Shown here: in pieces, positions 7,968-19,916 of the stretch
Numbering within the stretch: position 1 is the first letter of the stretch
Layout of the letters: each line of letters starts with the position of its first letter
Assembly (NCBI GenBank): GCA_963778655.1
Contig: CAVZVA010000009.1
Location: forward strand, 256,001 to 320,000
Source of the DNA: an uncultured delta proteobacterium
GTDB taxonomy: Bacteria > Myxococcota_A > Polyangia > Polyangiales > JAFGIB01
Direction: 5' to 3'
DNA length: 64,000 nt
Made by a program: the position numbers and the translations under genes
Notes under the pieces: model-generated
What the model saw: the letters and a program-made list of their open reading frames with translations, nothing else
Database searches by the model: none
Told to the model about the DNA's origin: nothing

Positions 7968-10223
7968 ATGCGACGGATTTGCGGCACCTGTTTGGGCTTG
8001 CTGCTGGGCCTGCTGGGCGGAGCCGCGTGTCAACTGCATTCCGCAGACAAGACGCCGCCGCCCGCGCCGGCTCCGCTCACGACCCCGCCGCGGGCGCCCA
8101 AGCACGTGCCGCTCGCGCCGCCGCCGAGCGCCGACCTGCCCCCGATGACCCAGCCGGTTCCGCTGTGGGAGCACGGCAAGGCCAGCGGCCAGATCGACGC
8201 CGCCACCGCCACCTCGCGCGGCTACGTAGTGCTCGACCTGGGCGAGGCCTGGGTGCCTTACATCTTCACCGACGGCGTGGGCGACAGGGGCCAGCCGCTC
8301 ACGAACGCCTACCGCAAGGTGTACCTGGAGCTGGCGCGCGGTGAGTTCCCAGACGACTACCACGGCGAGCGCGCGCGCGACGACAAGTACCTGGAGCTGT
8401 ACGGGATCCAGCCGACCTTCCGCCTGCTCAGGCAGCGCTTCGAGCACACCGCCAACCTGGAGTGCGCCCGCCATCTCGACCTGAGCCCGCTGGCCGACTA
8501 CCACGGGCTGATCGTCTTCGACTCGAACGACGCCGCATTCAAGTTCGCCGGCGACTTCGTCTACCTGCACCGGGTGGTCGAAAAGCTGATGCACAAGCAG
8601 CACGTCAAGACGCCCGAGCAGCTCGACCCGGCGCGCCTGAGCGACCGCGACAAGGATCGGCTCAAGCGCTACTTCAAGGTCGCGCCCGAGTACTACGCCG
8701 TCGACGCGACGCAGAAGCGCCTCAAGTGCGAGGGCTTCTTCAAGGGCAAGGGGCGCTTCGTGCGCGGTGCGCTCGACTGGAACACGCGCGACGCGCTGGC
8801 CGAATTCGAGCGCAAGCACCGGGTGTTCAGCTGGGGTTATCTCGGCAAGCACACGCTCGAGGCGCTGCGCGAGCCGCCGCTCGAGGGCGAGCGCGACACG
8901 GTGCTGCGCGTGCTGGGCGAGCGCGCGGTGCACGCGGCGTCGGTGCTGGAGGACGGCAGCACCAGCACGGACAAGGACGGCAAGCCGCGCACGTTCACGG
9001 GCGCGGACGGCAAGCAGCATCCGATACCAAATCTGGTCGCCGATCTCGGCCAGCGCGTGATCGAGGCCTTCGGCCTGCAGACGCCGGAGTCGACGCTCGC
9101 GTGGCTGCAGTCGCTGGGCAAGCTGCCTGCGGGCGAGCACCAGTTCGTCGCGATCCGCGGGCCGGAGCTGCCCGAGTACTACGACGGCGACATGGACCTG
9201 ACGCTCGACTACGATCGCGGCGACGTCTGGTACGACTTTCCCTACGACGATAAGGGGCGCGAGATCTTCCAGCCGGTGTCGCGCCGGCCCAGCGTCACCG
9301 TGTTCGCGCAATACTTGGGTCAGAAGATCCCGCTCGCGCGCTACGGCACCACCATCGGCGGCTGGCGCAGCGAGCAGGTGGGCGACACGCTGATGTGGAA
9401 GTACAAGGAGTCTCCCGTCGGGCCGCGCGTGTGGTCGGAGATCGTGGCCTCGCCGGTATGGCTGCCGCCCGACACCACGCCGCCCAAGGAGCTGCTCAGG
9501 CGGCGCAGGAATAGGCAGCCCGGCGATCCGAAGTACGAGGTCAACTACTACGAGACCGGCCCCAGCTACGCCTCGGCTTACGGGCTGGTGGCCGCGTACC
9601 ACCGCAAGTACCTGGAGCACGCGGATGGCCGTATCGACCTGGGTCAGGACGAGGGCATCCGCACCCACGGCTCGGTCGATTACATGAGCATCATGCGCAG
9701 GCACTCGCACGGGTGCCACCGCCTGCACAACCACATCGCCTTGCGCTTGATGTCGTTCGTGCTGTCGCACCGCCCGCACCACCGCCTGGGCCAGGAGTCG
9801 ATCGGCTTCAAGAAGGAGCTCCAATACGAGGACGAGACCTACGAGATGGAGCTCAAGCAAGGCGGCTACGTGTTCCAGCTCGATACGCCGCTCAAGGTGG
9901 AAGTGCTCGAAGGGCGCATCCGCGGCAAGGTGAAGAAGGCGATCGAGTTCGCGATTCCGAAGTACGACGAGACGGCGGGCGCCTACGTCGAGCCTGACGG
10001 CGGCGCGGTCGAGCTGCGCGGCGATCAGCTGATCGCCGTGCCGCTGCCGGAGCGGCCCGACGGCGGCGTCGCCGCCCCGCTCGAAGCGGCCGAGGGGCCG
10101 CCCGCGCCGCCCAGCATCCCGGTCGCGCCAGTGGCAGCACCGGCCGGCGGTCGTTACGACGCCAAGGCCGCGGCCAACCCGAAGAAGGCACCCCCGACCT
10201 TCTTCCCCAAGCCGGAAGGATAA
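7968..10223 (+). CDS. Large L,D-transpeptidase (YkuD) family lipoprotein
   Basis: Lipobox GAAC; catalytic 'IRTHGS...SHGCHRL'; 'PVWLPP'. Confidence 0.8.
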   Translation: MRRICGTCLGLLLGLLGGAACQLHSADKTPPPAPAPLTTPPRAPKHVPLAPPPSADLPPMTQPVPLWEHGKASGQIDAATATSRGYVVLDLGEAWVPYIFTDGVGDRGQPLTNAYRKVYLELARGEFPDDYHGERARDDKYLELYGIQPTFRLLRQRFEHTANLECARHLDLSPLADYHGLIVFDSNDAAFKFAGDFVYLHRVVEKLMHKQHVKTPEQLDPARLSDRDKDRLKRYFKVAPEYYAVDATQKRLKCEGFFKGKGRFVRGALDWNTRDALAEFERKHRVFSWGYLGKHTLEALREPPLEGERDTVLRVLGERAVHAASVLEDGSTSTDKDGKPRTFTGADGKQHPIPNLVADLGQRVIEAFGLQTPESTLAWLQSLGKLPAGEHQFVAIRGPELPEYYDGDMDLTLDYDRGDVWYDFPYDDKGREIFQPVSRRPSVTVFAQYLGQKIPLARYGTTIGGWRSEQVGDTLMWKYKESPVGPRVWSEIVASPVWLPPDTTPPKELLRRRRNRQPGDPKYEVNYYETGPSYASAYGLVAAYHRKYLEHADGRIDLGQDEGIRTHGSVDYMSIMRRHSHGCHRLHNHIALRLMSFVLSHRPHHRLGQESIGFKKELQYEDETYEMELKQGGYVFQLDTPLKVEVLEGRIRGKVKKAIEFAIPKYDETAGAYVEPDGGAVELRGDQLIAVPLPERPDGGVAAPLEAAEGPPAPPSIPVAPVAAPAGGRYDAKAAANPKKAPPTFFPKPEG

Positions 10224-10272
10224 CGGGGCGGTCTTCAGGCAACCCGCGGGCGAGGCGGCCGATAGGCTCGCC

Positions 10273-11196
10273 ATGGCGCGTCCCATGCTCGTCCTGCCCG
10301 AGCCGGCGCGGGTGATCGGGCCCGCGCACAGCGATTGGCCCGCGTCGCTGGACCGGCTGCCTGATCCGCCGAGCCAGCTGCGCGTGGCCGGGCGGCTGCC
10401 AGCGCTGGCCGGCGCGGTGGCGGTGGTGGGCACCCGCTACGCGGACGATGACGCGCTGGATTTCGCGCGCGAGCTGGGACGCGCGCTGGCCGCCGCCGGG
10501 CGTGCGGTGATCTCGGGCGGCGCGCTCGGCATCGACGGCGCCGCGCACCAGGGCGCGCTGGAGGCGGGCGGCTGCACGGTGGCGGTGCTCGCGAACGGCT
10601 TCGACCCGCCGTACCCGCGCGGTCACGTCCGGCTGTTCGAGCGGATCGCCGGGACCGGGGCGCTGCTCAGCGAGCAGCCGGACGGAACGCCGCCGGTCCG
10701 CTGGTCGTTTCTGGCACGTAACCGCCTGATCGCCGCGCTGGCCGAGGCCGTGGTCGTGGTTCAGGCTCCGGTGCGCTCCGGCGCGTTGTCCACGGCGGCG
10801 TTCGCGGTCAGGCTAGAAAAGCAAGTGTTTACAGTGCCTTATGCTCCGTGGCAGGTGCGGGGGCAGGGCTGCCTGGGGTTGCTGCGCCGCGGTGCCCGCA
10901 TTTGCACTTCGGCTCGAGATGTCCTATCGGTACGCCCTCACGGCTCCGGCGGAGGTTTCGCGCAGGCGCCGAATGGGGCGGAAGATCGTCACGATTTCAA
11001 TGAGTTGGACGATGTTGCTCAGACCGTGCTGCGGGCTCTCGGGGGACGACCCCGGCATCCGGACGAGTTGGCGAGCGCGCTCGGCATGCGCATCATGACG
11101 ATCCAGCAGGCGCTGCTGCAGCTCTTGCTGCAGGGCCTGGCCAGCGAGCAAGGCCCGGGCGCCTACGTGAAGCGGACCCGCGATTCGACGCGATGA
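10273..11196 (+). CDS. dprA: DNA-protecting protein DprA/Smf
   Basis: 'VAVVGTR', 'ISGGALGIDGAAH', 'FLARNRLIAAL'; C-terminal wHTH; directly upstream of topA. Confidence 0.93.
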   Translation: MARPMLVLPEPARVIGPAHSDWPASLDRLPDPPSQLRVAGRLPALAGAVAVVGTRYADDDALDFARELGRALAAAGRAVISGGALGIDGAAHQGALEAGGCTVAVLANGFDPPYPRGHVRLFERIAGTGALLSEQPDGTPPVRWSFLARNRLIAALAEAVVVVQAPVRSGALSTAAFAVRLEKQVFTVPYAPWQVRGQGCLGLLRRGARICTSARDVLSVRPHGSGGGFAQAPNGAEDRHDFNELDDVAQTVLRALGGRPRHPDELASALGMRIMTIQQALLQLLLQGLASEQGPGAYVKRTRDSTR

Positions 11197-13757
11197 GCAA
11201 ACCCACCCAAAAGTCAGCCAAGAAGAAGGCCGCCGCCCCGCGCAAGGCTGCTGGCAAGGCGTCGCCCGCTCCGGCCGCGGCGAGCGCGGCCGCGCGCCAG
11301 GCCAGCGCCCCCGCCGCGGATGCCGGGGAGCCTGCCGAGCTCAAGGCGCGCGCGCCGCGCAGCCGCGGCACCTTGCTGATCGTCGAGTCGCCGGCCAAGG
11401 CCAAGACCATCCAGAAGTACCTGGGGCGCGGCTACGTGGTGTTGGCCTCCAAGGGCCACATCAAGGATCTGCCCAAGCGCGGCGGGGTCGACATCGATCA
11501 CGGCTTCAAGGAGACCTACGAGGTCATCGCCGAGAAGGGCAAGTCGGAGGTGCTGCACTCGATCCGCGAGGCCGCCAAGCGCGCCGACCGGGTGTTCCTC
11601 GCGCCCGACCCCGACCGCGAAGGCGAGGCGATCGCCTGGCATCTGGCCGAGGAGATCAAGGACGTGCGCCCCGAGATCGAGGTGCGCCGCGTGCTGTTCA
11701 ATGAGATCACCAAGAAGGGTGTGCAGGAGGGCATCGAGCATCCGCGCGACCTCGACCCGTACCTGTACGAGGCTCAGCGCACGCGCCGCGTGCTCGACCG
11801 CATCGGCGGCTACCCGCTGTCGAACCTGCTCTGGCGCAAGCTCGCGTTCGGGCTTTCGGCCGGGCGCGTGCAGACGCCCGCGCTGCGCATCCTGGTCGAC
11901 CGCCAGCACGAGATCGACTCCTTCGTGCCGCGGCCGTACTGGTTGATCGAAGCGCAGCTCGGCGGCGAGTTGCCGCCGGCGTTCGTGGCCATGCTGGACT
12001 CGGCCGGTGGCGAGAAGCTGGAGAAGGTGTCGTCGCGCCCGGCGGCGACCAGCGAGCTTGACGCGCGGCGCTTCGAGCAGGATCTGGCGGCGGCCAGCTA
12101 CCGCGTCAGCAAGGTGATCAAGCGCGAGCGCAAAGCGCGCGCGCCCGCGCCTTACACCACGAGCAAGCTGCAGCAGGACGCCAGCAACCGGCTGGGCATG
12201 AACCCCAAACGGGCGATGCGCGTGGCGCAAGGGCTGTACGAGGGCGTCTCGCTGGGCAAGGGCGAGCAGGAGGAGACCGTCGGTCTCATCACCTACATGC
12301 GTACCGACAGCCTGCGTCTCTCCACCGAAGCCGTGCAGGCGTGCCGCGAATACATCGGCGCGACCTATGGCGAAAAGGCGTTGCCCGAGGCGCCCAACGC
12401 GTTCAAGAGCAAAAAGCAGAACGTGCAGGACGCGCACGAGGCGATTCGCCCGACCCGCATGGACCTGCCGCCCGAGAGCATCCGCAGGCACCTGACCGAC
12501 GAGCGCTACCGGCTGTACAAGCTGATCTGGGATCGCTTCGTCGCCTGTCAGATGGTGCCCGCGGTCTACGACCAGACCAGCGTGGAAATCGAGGCCGCCG
12601 CCGGCGACCGCAGCTACGGGCTGCGCGCCAGCGGCAGCGTGCTCAAGCTGGCCGGATGGCGCGCGGTCTACGGCGCCGGCGAGCCCGGTTCGCTGGCCGG
12701 CGAGGAAGATCAGAGCCCCGACGACGAGGACAGCCGCAATCTGCCGCCGCTGCGCGAGGGCGAGGCGCTGAAGCTCACCGGCTCGGGCGTGAGCGTGACC
12801 GCCAAACAGACCGAGCCGCCGCCTTATTACAACGAAGCCTCGCTGGTGAAGAAGCTCGAAGAGGAAGGCATCGGGCGCCCCAGCACCTACGCCGAGATCC
12901 TCAGCAAGGTGCAGGCGCGCGACTACGTCAAGAAGGTCAACAACAAGCTGGTGCCCACCGATCTGGGCAAGCTGGTGGCCGAGCGCCTGGTGGCCGACAA
13001 ATTCGACCTGGCGGATCTCGACTTCACGCGCAAGCTGGAAGAGGACCTGGACGCGATCGCCGAGGCGCGCGGCAAGCGGCTCGACATCCTGGCGCCGTTC
13101 CACGAGCGCTTGCAGAAGAAGATCGCCGCGAGCCTGGAGGAGAAGGGCAAGTGGTGGCCCGAGCCGGAGTCGATCGACGAGCAGTGCCCCGAGTGCGGCA
13201 AGCCCTTGAAGAAGCGCTGGGGCCGCAACGGCGCGTTCATCGGCTGCGATGGCTACCCGGACTGCAAGTACACCCGCGCCCTGCCGGGCGAGGGCGGCGA
13301 GGGCGACGAGGGCGGCAGCCGCCGGCCAGAGCTGACCGACTACAAGTGCGAGCTGTGCGGCGCGCCGATGATGAAGCGCTGGGGCCGCAACGGCTGGTTC
13401 CTCGGCTGCTCGACCTTTCCCAAGTGCAAGTCCACCCGCAGCCTGCCGCTGGGCGTGAAGTGTCCCAAGTGCGGCGGCGAGGTGATCGAGATCCGCACCA
13501 AGGCGCGCAAGCGCCCGTTCTACGGCTGCACCAACTACGGCACCGCGATCAAGTGCGACTTCCGCAGCTGGCAGCGGCCGGTGGCCGAGGACTGCCCGCA
13601 GTGCGGGGCCAAGTTCCTGGTGCGCGCAGGCAGCGCCCAGTCTCCGCTGCTGCGCTGCATCACCGAGGGTTGCGGCTACGAGCGCGTGCCCGAGGAGTCG
13701 GGCGAGCCCGGGGCGCAGGAGCAGCAGCTGAGCCCGGCGGCTTCCGGCGAGGGTTGA
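11193..13757 (+). CDS. topA: DNA topoisomerase I with C-terminal zinc ribbons
   Basis: 'IVESPAKAKTI', 'PDPDREGEAI', 'SAGRVQTP', 'ITYMRTDS', 'GIGRPSTYA'; repeated C4 zinc ribbons. Confidence 0.98.
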   Translation: MSKPTQKSAKKKAAAPRKAAGKASPAPAAASAAARQASAPAADAGEPAELKARAPRSRGTLLIVESPAKAKTIQKYLGRGYVVLASKGHIKDLPKRGGVDIDHGFKETYEVIAEKGKSEVLHSIREAAKRADRVFLAPDPDREGEAIAWHLAEEIKDVRPEIEVRRVLFNEITKKGVQEGIEHPRDLDPYLYEAQRTRRVLDRIGGYPLSNLLWRKLAFGLSAGRVQTPALRILVDRQHEIDSFVPRPYWLIEAQLGGELPPAFVAMLDSAGGEKLEKVSSRPAATSELDARRFEQDLAAASYRVSKVIKRERKARAPAPYTTSKLQQDASNRLGMNPKRAMRVAQGLYEGVSLGKGEQEETVGLITYMRTDSLRLSTEAVQACREYIGATYGEKALPEAPNAFKSKKQNVQDAHEAIRPTRMDLPPESIRRHLTDERYRLYKLIWDRFVACQMVPAVYDQTSVEIEAAAGDRSYGLRASGSVLKLAGWRAVYGAGEPGSLAGEEDQSPDDEDSRNLPPLREGEALKLTGSGVSVTAKQTEPPPYYNEASLVKKLEEEGIGRPSTYAEILSKVQARDYVKKVNNKLVPTDLGKLVAERLVADKFDLADLDFTRKLEEDLDAIAEARGKRLDILAPFHERLQKKIAASLEEKGKWWPEPESIDEQCPECGKPLKKRWGRNGAFIGCDGYPDCKYTRALPGEGGEGDEGGSRRPELTDYKCELCGAPMMKRWGRNGWFLGCSTFPKCKSTRSLPLGVKCPKCGGEVIEIRTKARKRPFYGCTNYGTAIKCDFRSWQRPVAEDCPQCGAKFLVRAGSAQSPLLRCITEGCGYERVPEESGEPGAQEQQLSPAASGEG

Positions 13758-13760
13758 GCC

Positions 13761-15128
13761 GTGGCCAGCGTGACCGCGGGCGTCACCATCGTCGGCGGCG
13801 GGCTGGCGGGCGTGGAGTGCGCGCACCAGCTCGCCCGGCGCGGCGTGCACGTGCGGCTGTGCGAGCAGAAGCCGGCCGCGCGCACGCCCGCCTGCCGCGG
13901 CGACGCGCTGGCCGAGCTGGTGTGCTCCAACTCGCTGCGTGCGGCCTCGCTGCACAACGCCGTCGGCCTGCTCAAAGAAGAGATGCGTCGCGCCGGCTCG
14001 CTGGTGATGCGCTGCGCCGATCTCACGCGCGTGCCGGCGGGCGGTGCGCTGGCGGTCGACCGCGAGCGCTTTTCGGCCGAGGTGACCAGGCACATCGACG
14101 GCGACCCGAACATCGAGCGCGTGGTCGATCGCGTCGAGCGCATCCCCGACGCGCGGCCGCTGGTGCTCGCGACCGGACCGCTCACAGGTGACGCGCTGGC
14201 GCGTGACCTGGCGCGCGCGATCGGCCGCGAGCAGCTCGCGTACTACGACAGCGTGGCGCCGATCGTGACCGCCGACAGCATCGACCACGACAAGGTCTTC
14301 GCGGCATCGCGCTACGACAAGGGCGGCGACGATGCCTACCTCAACTGCGCGCTCGACCGCGAGCAGTACCAGGCGTTCGTGCAGGCGCTGCTCGGCGCCG
14401 AGAAGGTCGCGCCGCACGCCTTCGAGTCGGTGCGTTACTTCGAGGGTTGCCTGCCGATCGAGGTGCTGGCCGAGCGCGGGCCCGACACGCTGGCGTTCGG
14501 CCCGATGAAGCCGGTGGGCCTGACCGACCCGCGCAGCGGGCGGCGGCCGCACGCGGTGGTGCAGCTGCGGCGCGAGGACCGCGAGGGCACGGCTTACAAT
14601 CTAGTGGGCTTCCAGACGCGCATGACCCAGGCCGAGCAGCGGCGCGTGTTCGCGCTGATCCCCGGTCTGCAGCGCGCGCGCTTCGAGCGCTTCGGCAGCG
14701 TACATCGCAACACCTTCGTCGACGCGCCGCAGGTGCTCGACGAAACGCTGGCGCTGCGCGCGCTGCCGGGCGTGTACCTGGCGGGGCAGATCACCGGCGT
14801 CGAGGGCTACGTCGAGAGCGCCGCGTGCGGGCTGTGCGTGGGGGTGATGCTGGCCGAACGCTTGCACGGGCGAGCCGGCTCGCCGCCGCCGGCCACCACC
14901 GCGTTGGGCGCGCTGCTCTCCCACCTGCGCAGGCCAAGCCCGGACTTCCAACCGTCCAACGTGGTGTTCAGCATGTTCCCCCCGCTCGAGCAGACGCGCC
15001 GGCTGGGCCGCAAGGACCGGCGCGAAGCGCTCGCCGCGCGCGCGTTGCGCGATCTCGCGGGCTGGAGCGCGGCCATCGCTGTAACGCCGGACACGCGCGA
15101 GCCCGTGCTGGCCGCGGTCGAGGGCTGA
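13761..15128 (+). CDS. trmFO: tRNA m5U54 methyltransferase TrmFO (Gid)
   Basis: 'GGGLAG', 'AELVCSNSL', 'YFEGCLPIE', '[12 protein letters not shown]'. Confidence 0.96.
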   Translation: MASVTAGVTIVGGGLAGVECAHQLARRGVHVRLCEQKPAARTPACRGDALAELVCSNSLRAASLHNAVGLLKEEMRRAGSLVMRCADLTRVPAGGALAVDRERFSAEVTRHIDGDPNIERVVDRVERIPDARPLVLATGPLTGDALARDLARAIGREQLAYYDSVAPIVTADSIDHDKVFAASRYDKGGDDAYLNCALDREQYQAFVQALLGAEKVAPHAFESVRYFEGCLPIEVLAERGPDTLAFGPMKPVGLTDPRSGRRPHAVVQLRREDREGTAYNLVGFQTRMTQAEQRRVFALIPGLQRARFERFGSVHRNTFVDAPQVLDETLALRALPGVYLAGQITGVEGYVESAACGLCVGVMLAERLHGRAGSPPPATTALGALLSHLRRPSPDFQPSNVVFSMFPPLEQTRRLGRKDRREALAARALRDLAGWSAAIAVTPDTREPVLAAVEG

Positions 15129-15131
15129 GCG

Positions 15132-15674
15132 GTGTCGGGCGGTGAGCCCCAGCGCAGCCCGCGAGCGCAGGGGCGGCCCAGCGTGCAGGAGCCCGATGGC
15201 TGGTCGGAGGGGCCGCCGCTGCCGCGCTGGGTGCTGTGGTTGATGCTGCCCGGCATCGTAGGCCCCTTGCTGATCTTCGGCTTCATCGTGGTGACGCACC
15301 GCGCGCACGACGAGGCGCGCTGCCCCTATCACGAGATCACGCAACGCTCGCTGGGCAGCGGGGCGATTGTGCGCGAGGAGGCTCGCAGCTGTCTGGCGGG
15401 CGTGGAGGAGCACCGCTACAGCCTGCTGCGCGGCGCGCAGCGGCAGGTGCTGGGCACACGGCGCTTCGACGCCGAGGCGTTCGCGCCGGCGGCGTATCGC
15501 TGGAGCGCGCGCGTCACGCCCCAGGGCGAAGTGCAGGTGGTGGTCCACAACCCAGGCCACGACGACGTGTTGTTTCGGGAAGGCACCGCCGAGGAGCACG
15601 CCAAGGGCATCTCCGAGCGCCACGTGCCTGCGCCGCCGCCGGCCGCGGGGACCGCAGGCGTACGCGCGCCGTGA
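15132..15674 (+). CDS. Hypothetical membrane-anchored protein
   Basis: One TM segment followed by a soluble domain with a Cys pair; operonic spacing. Confidence 0.65.
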   Translation: MSGGEPQRSPRAQGRPSVQEPDGWSEGPPLPRWVLWLMLPGIVGPLLIFGFIVVTHRAHDEARCPYHEITQRSLGSGAIVREEARSCLAGVEEHRYSLLRGAQRQVLGTRRFDAEAFAPAAYRWSARVTPQGEVQVVVHNPGHDDVLFREGTAEEHAKGISERHVPAPPPAAGTAGVRAP

Positions 15675-15803
15675 GGCCACAGCGCAGGAGACAGGAAGTC
15701 GGGAAGGAGTTGAACGCGCGGGCGGGTTCCGATCGAGCGCAGCCTGATCAGCATCGATGGGTGGAAACTTGAGCGCTGCGCTCGCAGCCGGCACCATCTT
15801 CGC

Positions 15804-16826
15804 ATGGGCGCGCCAGAGGCAGCTCCAGACGACGCGCTCGGTCGGCAGATCGCGGGCTTTATAGAGCGGCTGGGCTCCGAGCGCCGCGCCGCCCTGCTCA
15901 CGGTCCGCACCTACGGGCGCGATCTGTGGGCGCTGCACGCATTCGCGCGCGAGCACGGCTTGCCGCTCGACGCGCGCGCGTTGTCGGTGCCCGCGCTGCG
16001 GCGCTTTCTGGCCAGCTTCGTGGGTCGCAACCGCGCGCCCACGGTGGCGCGCAAGGTGGCGGCGCTGCGCGCCTTCTACCGCGACCTACACCGGCGCGGC
16101 GAGGTCGCGGACAATCCGGCCGCCCGGCTGCGGCTGCCCAAGGTCAAGCGCACGCTGCCGAAATTCCTTTCGGTGGAGGCGGCCGGCGAGCTGATGGAGG
16201 CGCCCTCGGCGGCCAGCAGCGATGGGCCGCTGCTCGACCGCGATCGGGCGCTGCTCGAGCTGCTCTACGGCGCGGGGCTGCGCGTCAGCGAGCTGGTCGG
16301 TCTCGACCTGCAGCACCTCGATCTGCCGGCGCGCAGCGCGCGGGTGCTGGGCAAGGGCAGCAAGGAGCGGCTGGTGCCCTTCGGCGAGCCGTGCGCCCAG
16401 GCGCTGCAGCAGTACCTGACGCAGCGCCCGCGGCTGCGCCACCCGCGCAGCGGCGCGCAGCACCCGCAGGCGCTGTTCCTGGGCCGCCACGGCACGCGCC
16501 TGACGGCGCGCCAGGTTCAGCACCTAGTGCGGCGCTACGGCATGTCGGCGGCCGGGCGCGCGGACGTGCATCCGCACGCGCTGCGCCATAGCTGCGCCAC
16601 GCACCTGCTTGACGCCGGCGCCGACCTGCGCGGCATCCAAGAGCTGCTCGGCCACGCCAGCCTATCGACCACCCAGCGCTACACCCACGTCAGCATCGAC
16701 CGTCTGCTCGAGGTCTACGCCAAGGCGCATCCTTTGTCGGGGCGGCACGCCGCTCCGCGGGCACGCCCCAATGGAGTGAATCCGTCGGGGCCCCGGGCGA
16801 AAGGGTCCTCCGGCGGGCTTGACTAA
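15804..16826 (+). CDS. xerC: Tyrosine recombinase XerC
   Basis: 'LYGAGLRVSEL', 'HPHALRHSCATHLL', 'LLGHASLSTTQRYTH'; trmFO-xerC-hslV synteny. Confidence 0.92.
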   Translation: MGAPEAAPDDALGRQIAGFIERLGSERRAALLTVRTYGRDLWALHAFAREHGLPLDARALSVPALRRFLASFVGRNRAPTVARKVAALRAFYRDLHRRGEVADNPAARLRLPKVKRTLPKFLSVEAAGELMEAPSAASSDGPLLDRDRALLELLYGAGLRVSELVGLDLQHLDLPARSARVLGKGSKERLVPFGEPCAQALQQYLTQRPRLRHPRSGAQHPQALFLGRHGTRLTARQVQHLVRRYGMSAAGRADVHPHALRHSCATHLLDAGADLRGIQELLGHASLSTTQRYTHVSIDRLLEVYAKAHPLSGRHAAPRARPNGVNPSGPRAKGSSGGLD

Positions 16827-16846
16827 CCCCCCAGGCGGCCTAGCTT
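16819..16846 (+). promoter_or_regulatory. Sigma70-type promoter, probably giving a leaderless hslV mRNA
   Basis: TTGACT-16nt-TAGCTT; ATG 7 nt downstream; no SD. Confidence 0.55.
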
Positions 16847-16853
16847 TGCTGCG

Positions 16854-17408
16854 ATGTCGCAGCCCCAACAGCCCGTGTTCCATTCCACCACCGTCATCGC
16901 CGTGCGCCGCGAGGGGCGTGGCGCGATGGCCGGCGACGGCCAGGTCTCGATCGGCAACACCGTGGTCAAGGGGCACGCGCGCAAGGTGCGCACGCTGGCT
17001 GGCGGCTCGGTGCTGACCGGCTTTGCCGGCGCTAGCGCGGACGCGTTCACGCTGCTCGAGCGCTTCGAGCAGAAGCTGGAGGCGCACCGCCGCAACCTGG
17101 CGCGCGCCGCGGTCGAGCTGGCCAAGGACTGGCGCACCGACCGGTTCCTGCGCCGGCTCGAGGCCATGCTGGTGGTCATGGACAAAGAGAGCATGTTCCT
17201 GCTGAGCGGGACCGGCGACGTGATCGAGCCCGACGAGGGCGTGATCGCGATCGGCTCGGGCGGCAGCTACGCGCTGGCCGCGGCCCGCGCGCTGCTGCGC
17301 CACACACCGCTCAGCGCGGGGGAGGTCGCGCGCGAGGCGTTGCGCATTGCGGGCGAGATCTGCATCTACACCAACGACGCGATCGTGGTCGAGGAGCTGC
17401 CGGCGTGA
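16854..17408 (+). CDS. hslV: ATP-dependent protease peptidase subunit HslV
   Basis: 'HSTTVIAVR', 'AGDGQVS', 'IGSGGSYA', 'ICIYTN'. Confidence 0.97.
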   Translation: MSQPQQPVFHSTTVIAVRREGRGAMAGDGQVSIGNTVVKGHARKVRTLAGGSVLTGFAGASADAFTLLERFEQKLEAHRRNLARAAVELAKDWRTDRFLRRLEAMLVVMDKESMFLLSGTGDVIEPDEGVIAIGSGGSYALAAARALLRHTPLSAGEVAREALRIAGEICIYTNDAIVVEELPA

Positions 17409-17442
17409 GCCTGCCTGCGCCGAGCCGCGGCGGAGACCCGTC

Positions 17443-18846
<1,404 letters not shown>

Positions 18847-18871
18847 CGCACCGGGCACGTATTTCGGGAAT

Positions 18872-18934
18872 CACAGGAAGACGGGAGACGGGAAGACTCC
18901 TCAACCCTTCCCATCCAACTTCCCGCCTCCCTGT
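18872..18934 (+). repeat. Palindromic repeat family C (ACAGGAAG-RCGGGAAG units)
   Basis: CACAGGAAGACGGGAGACGGGAAG...CTTCCCGCCTCCCTGT; similar copies at 29486 and 59811. Confidence 0.7.
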
Positions 18935-19002
18935 TGCATCCCTCCGCTTTGACATTGGCGAAACTTGCGCACACGCTTCCGGCTTCCCGGCGGGGACCTG
19001 CC

Positions 19003-19890
19003 ATGCGTACGTCGACCGAAAAAGCCGCGGTGTTGCACGAAGCGCTGCCCTACATCCGGCGCTTTCGCGGCAAGATCTTCGTGATCAAGTATGGCGGCGC
19101 CGCGATGGCCGACGAGGCTTTACGCGAGGGGTTCGCCCGCGACGTCGTGCTGATGAAATACGTCGGCATTCACCCGGTGGTGGTGCACGGCGGCGGACCG
19201 CAGATCGACGAGCACCTGGCGCGGCTCGGTATCGAGAGCCAGCGCGTGGACGGCCTGCGCATCACCGATGACCGCACCATGGAGGTGGTCGAGATGGTGC
19301 TGGCCGGCAAGATCAACAAGGAGATCGTCTCCCTGATCGGCCGCCACGGCGGCCGCGCGGTGGGCTTGTCCGGAGTCGACGACGGCTTGCTGCTGGCCCA
19401 GCGCCTGGCGCCGGTGCCGACGCGTGCGGGCGGCTCGGTCGACACCGGGCGCGTCGGCGCGATCACGCGCGTGCGGCCCGAGGTGCTGCAATCGCTGGTC
19501 GCCGCCGGCTTCGTGCCGGTGATCGCGCCGATTGCCGCCGACGTCTCGGGGCAGAGCCTGAACATCAACGCCGACACGGCGGCCGGCGCGGTCGCCGCGG
19601 CCTTGGGTGCCGAAAAGCTGGTGCTGATGACGGACACTCCGGGCGTGTGCGACGCGCAGGGCCGGCTGATCCAGTCGCTCACTGAAGAGGAGAGCAAGCA
19701 GCTTCGGCGCGACGGGGTGATCACCGGAGGCATGATCCCGAAGGTGGAGTGCGCGCTCGACGCGCTGGCCGGGGGGGTTCAGAAGAGCCACATCCTGGAC
19801 GGCCGCGAACAGCATGCGATCCTGCTGGAGATCTTCACCGATCGCGGGATCGGGACGCAGATCGTTCGCGGTCGCGCCGTTTCGGCGTGA
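19003..19890 (+). CDS. argB: Acetylglutamate kinase
   Basis: 'VIKYGGAAM', 'VHGGGPQI', 'NINADTAA', 'GGMIPK'. Confidence 0.97.
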   Translation: MRTSTEKAAVLHEALPYIRRFRGKIFVIKYGGAAMADEALREGFARDVVLMKYVGIHPVVVHGGGPQIDEHLARLGIESQRVDGLRITDDRTMEVVEMVLAGKINKEIVSLIGRHGGRAVGLSGVDDGLLLAQRLAPVPTRAGGSVDTGRVGAITRVRPEVLQSLVAAGFVPVIAPIAADVSGQSLNINADTAAGAVAAALGAEKLVLMTDTPGVCDAQGRLIQSLTEEESKQLRRDGVITGGMIPKVECALDALAGGVQKSHILDGREQHAILLEIFTDRGIGTQIVRGRAVSA

Positions 19891-19916
19891 GCGCGGCCCA
19901 GCGCGGAGTCGGGAAC

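Noticed and set aside
7392..14552. Very long antisense ORFs (1013 aa, 1112 aa) and similar ones elsewhere
   Set aside because: These are shadow frames of GC3-rich genes; only the last 115 aa of the 1013-aa ORF (the GGCT) look real.
15804..16826. Tyrosine recombinase as a prophage or island integrase
   Set aside because: It sits in the conserved trmFO-xerC-hslVU context with no att sites or cargo.
18956..18968. Sigma54 motif TGGCGAAACTTGC before argB
   Set aside because: GG-GC spacing is 8 rather than 10; a TTGACA -35 at 18949 fits better.
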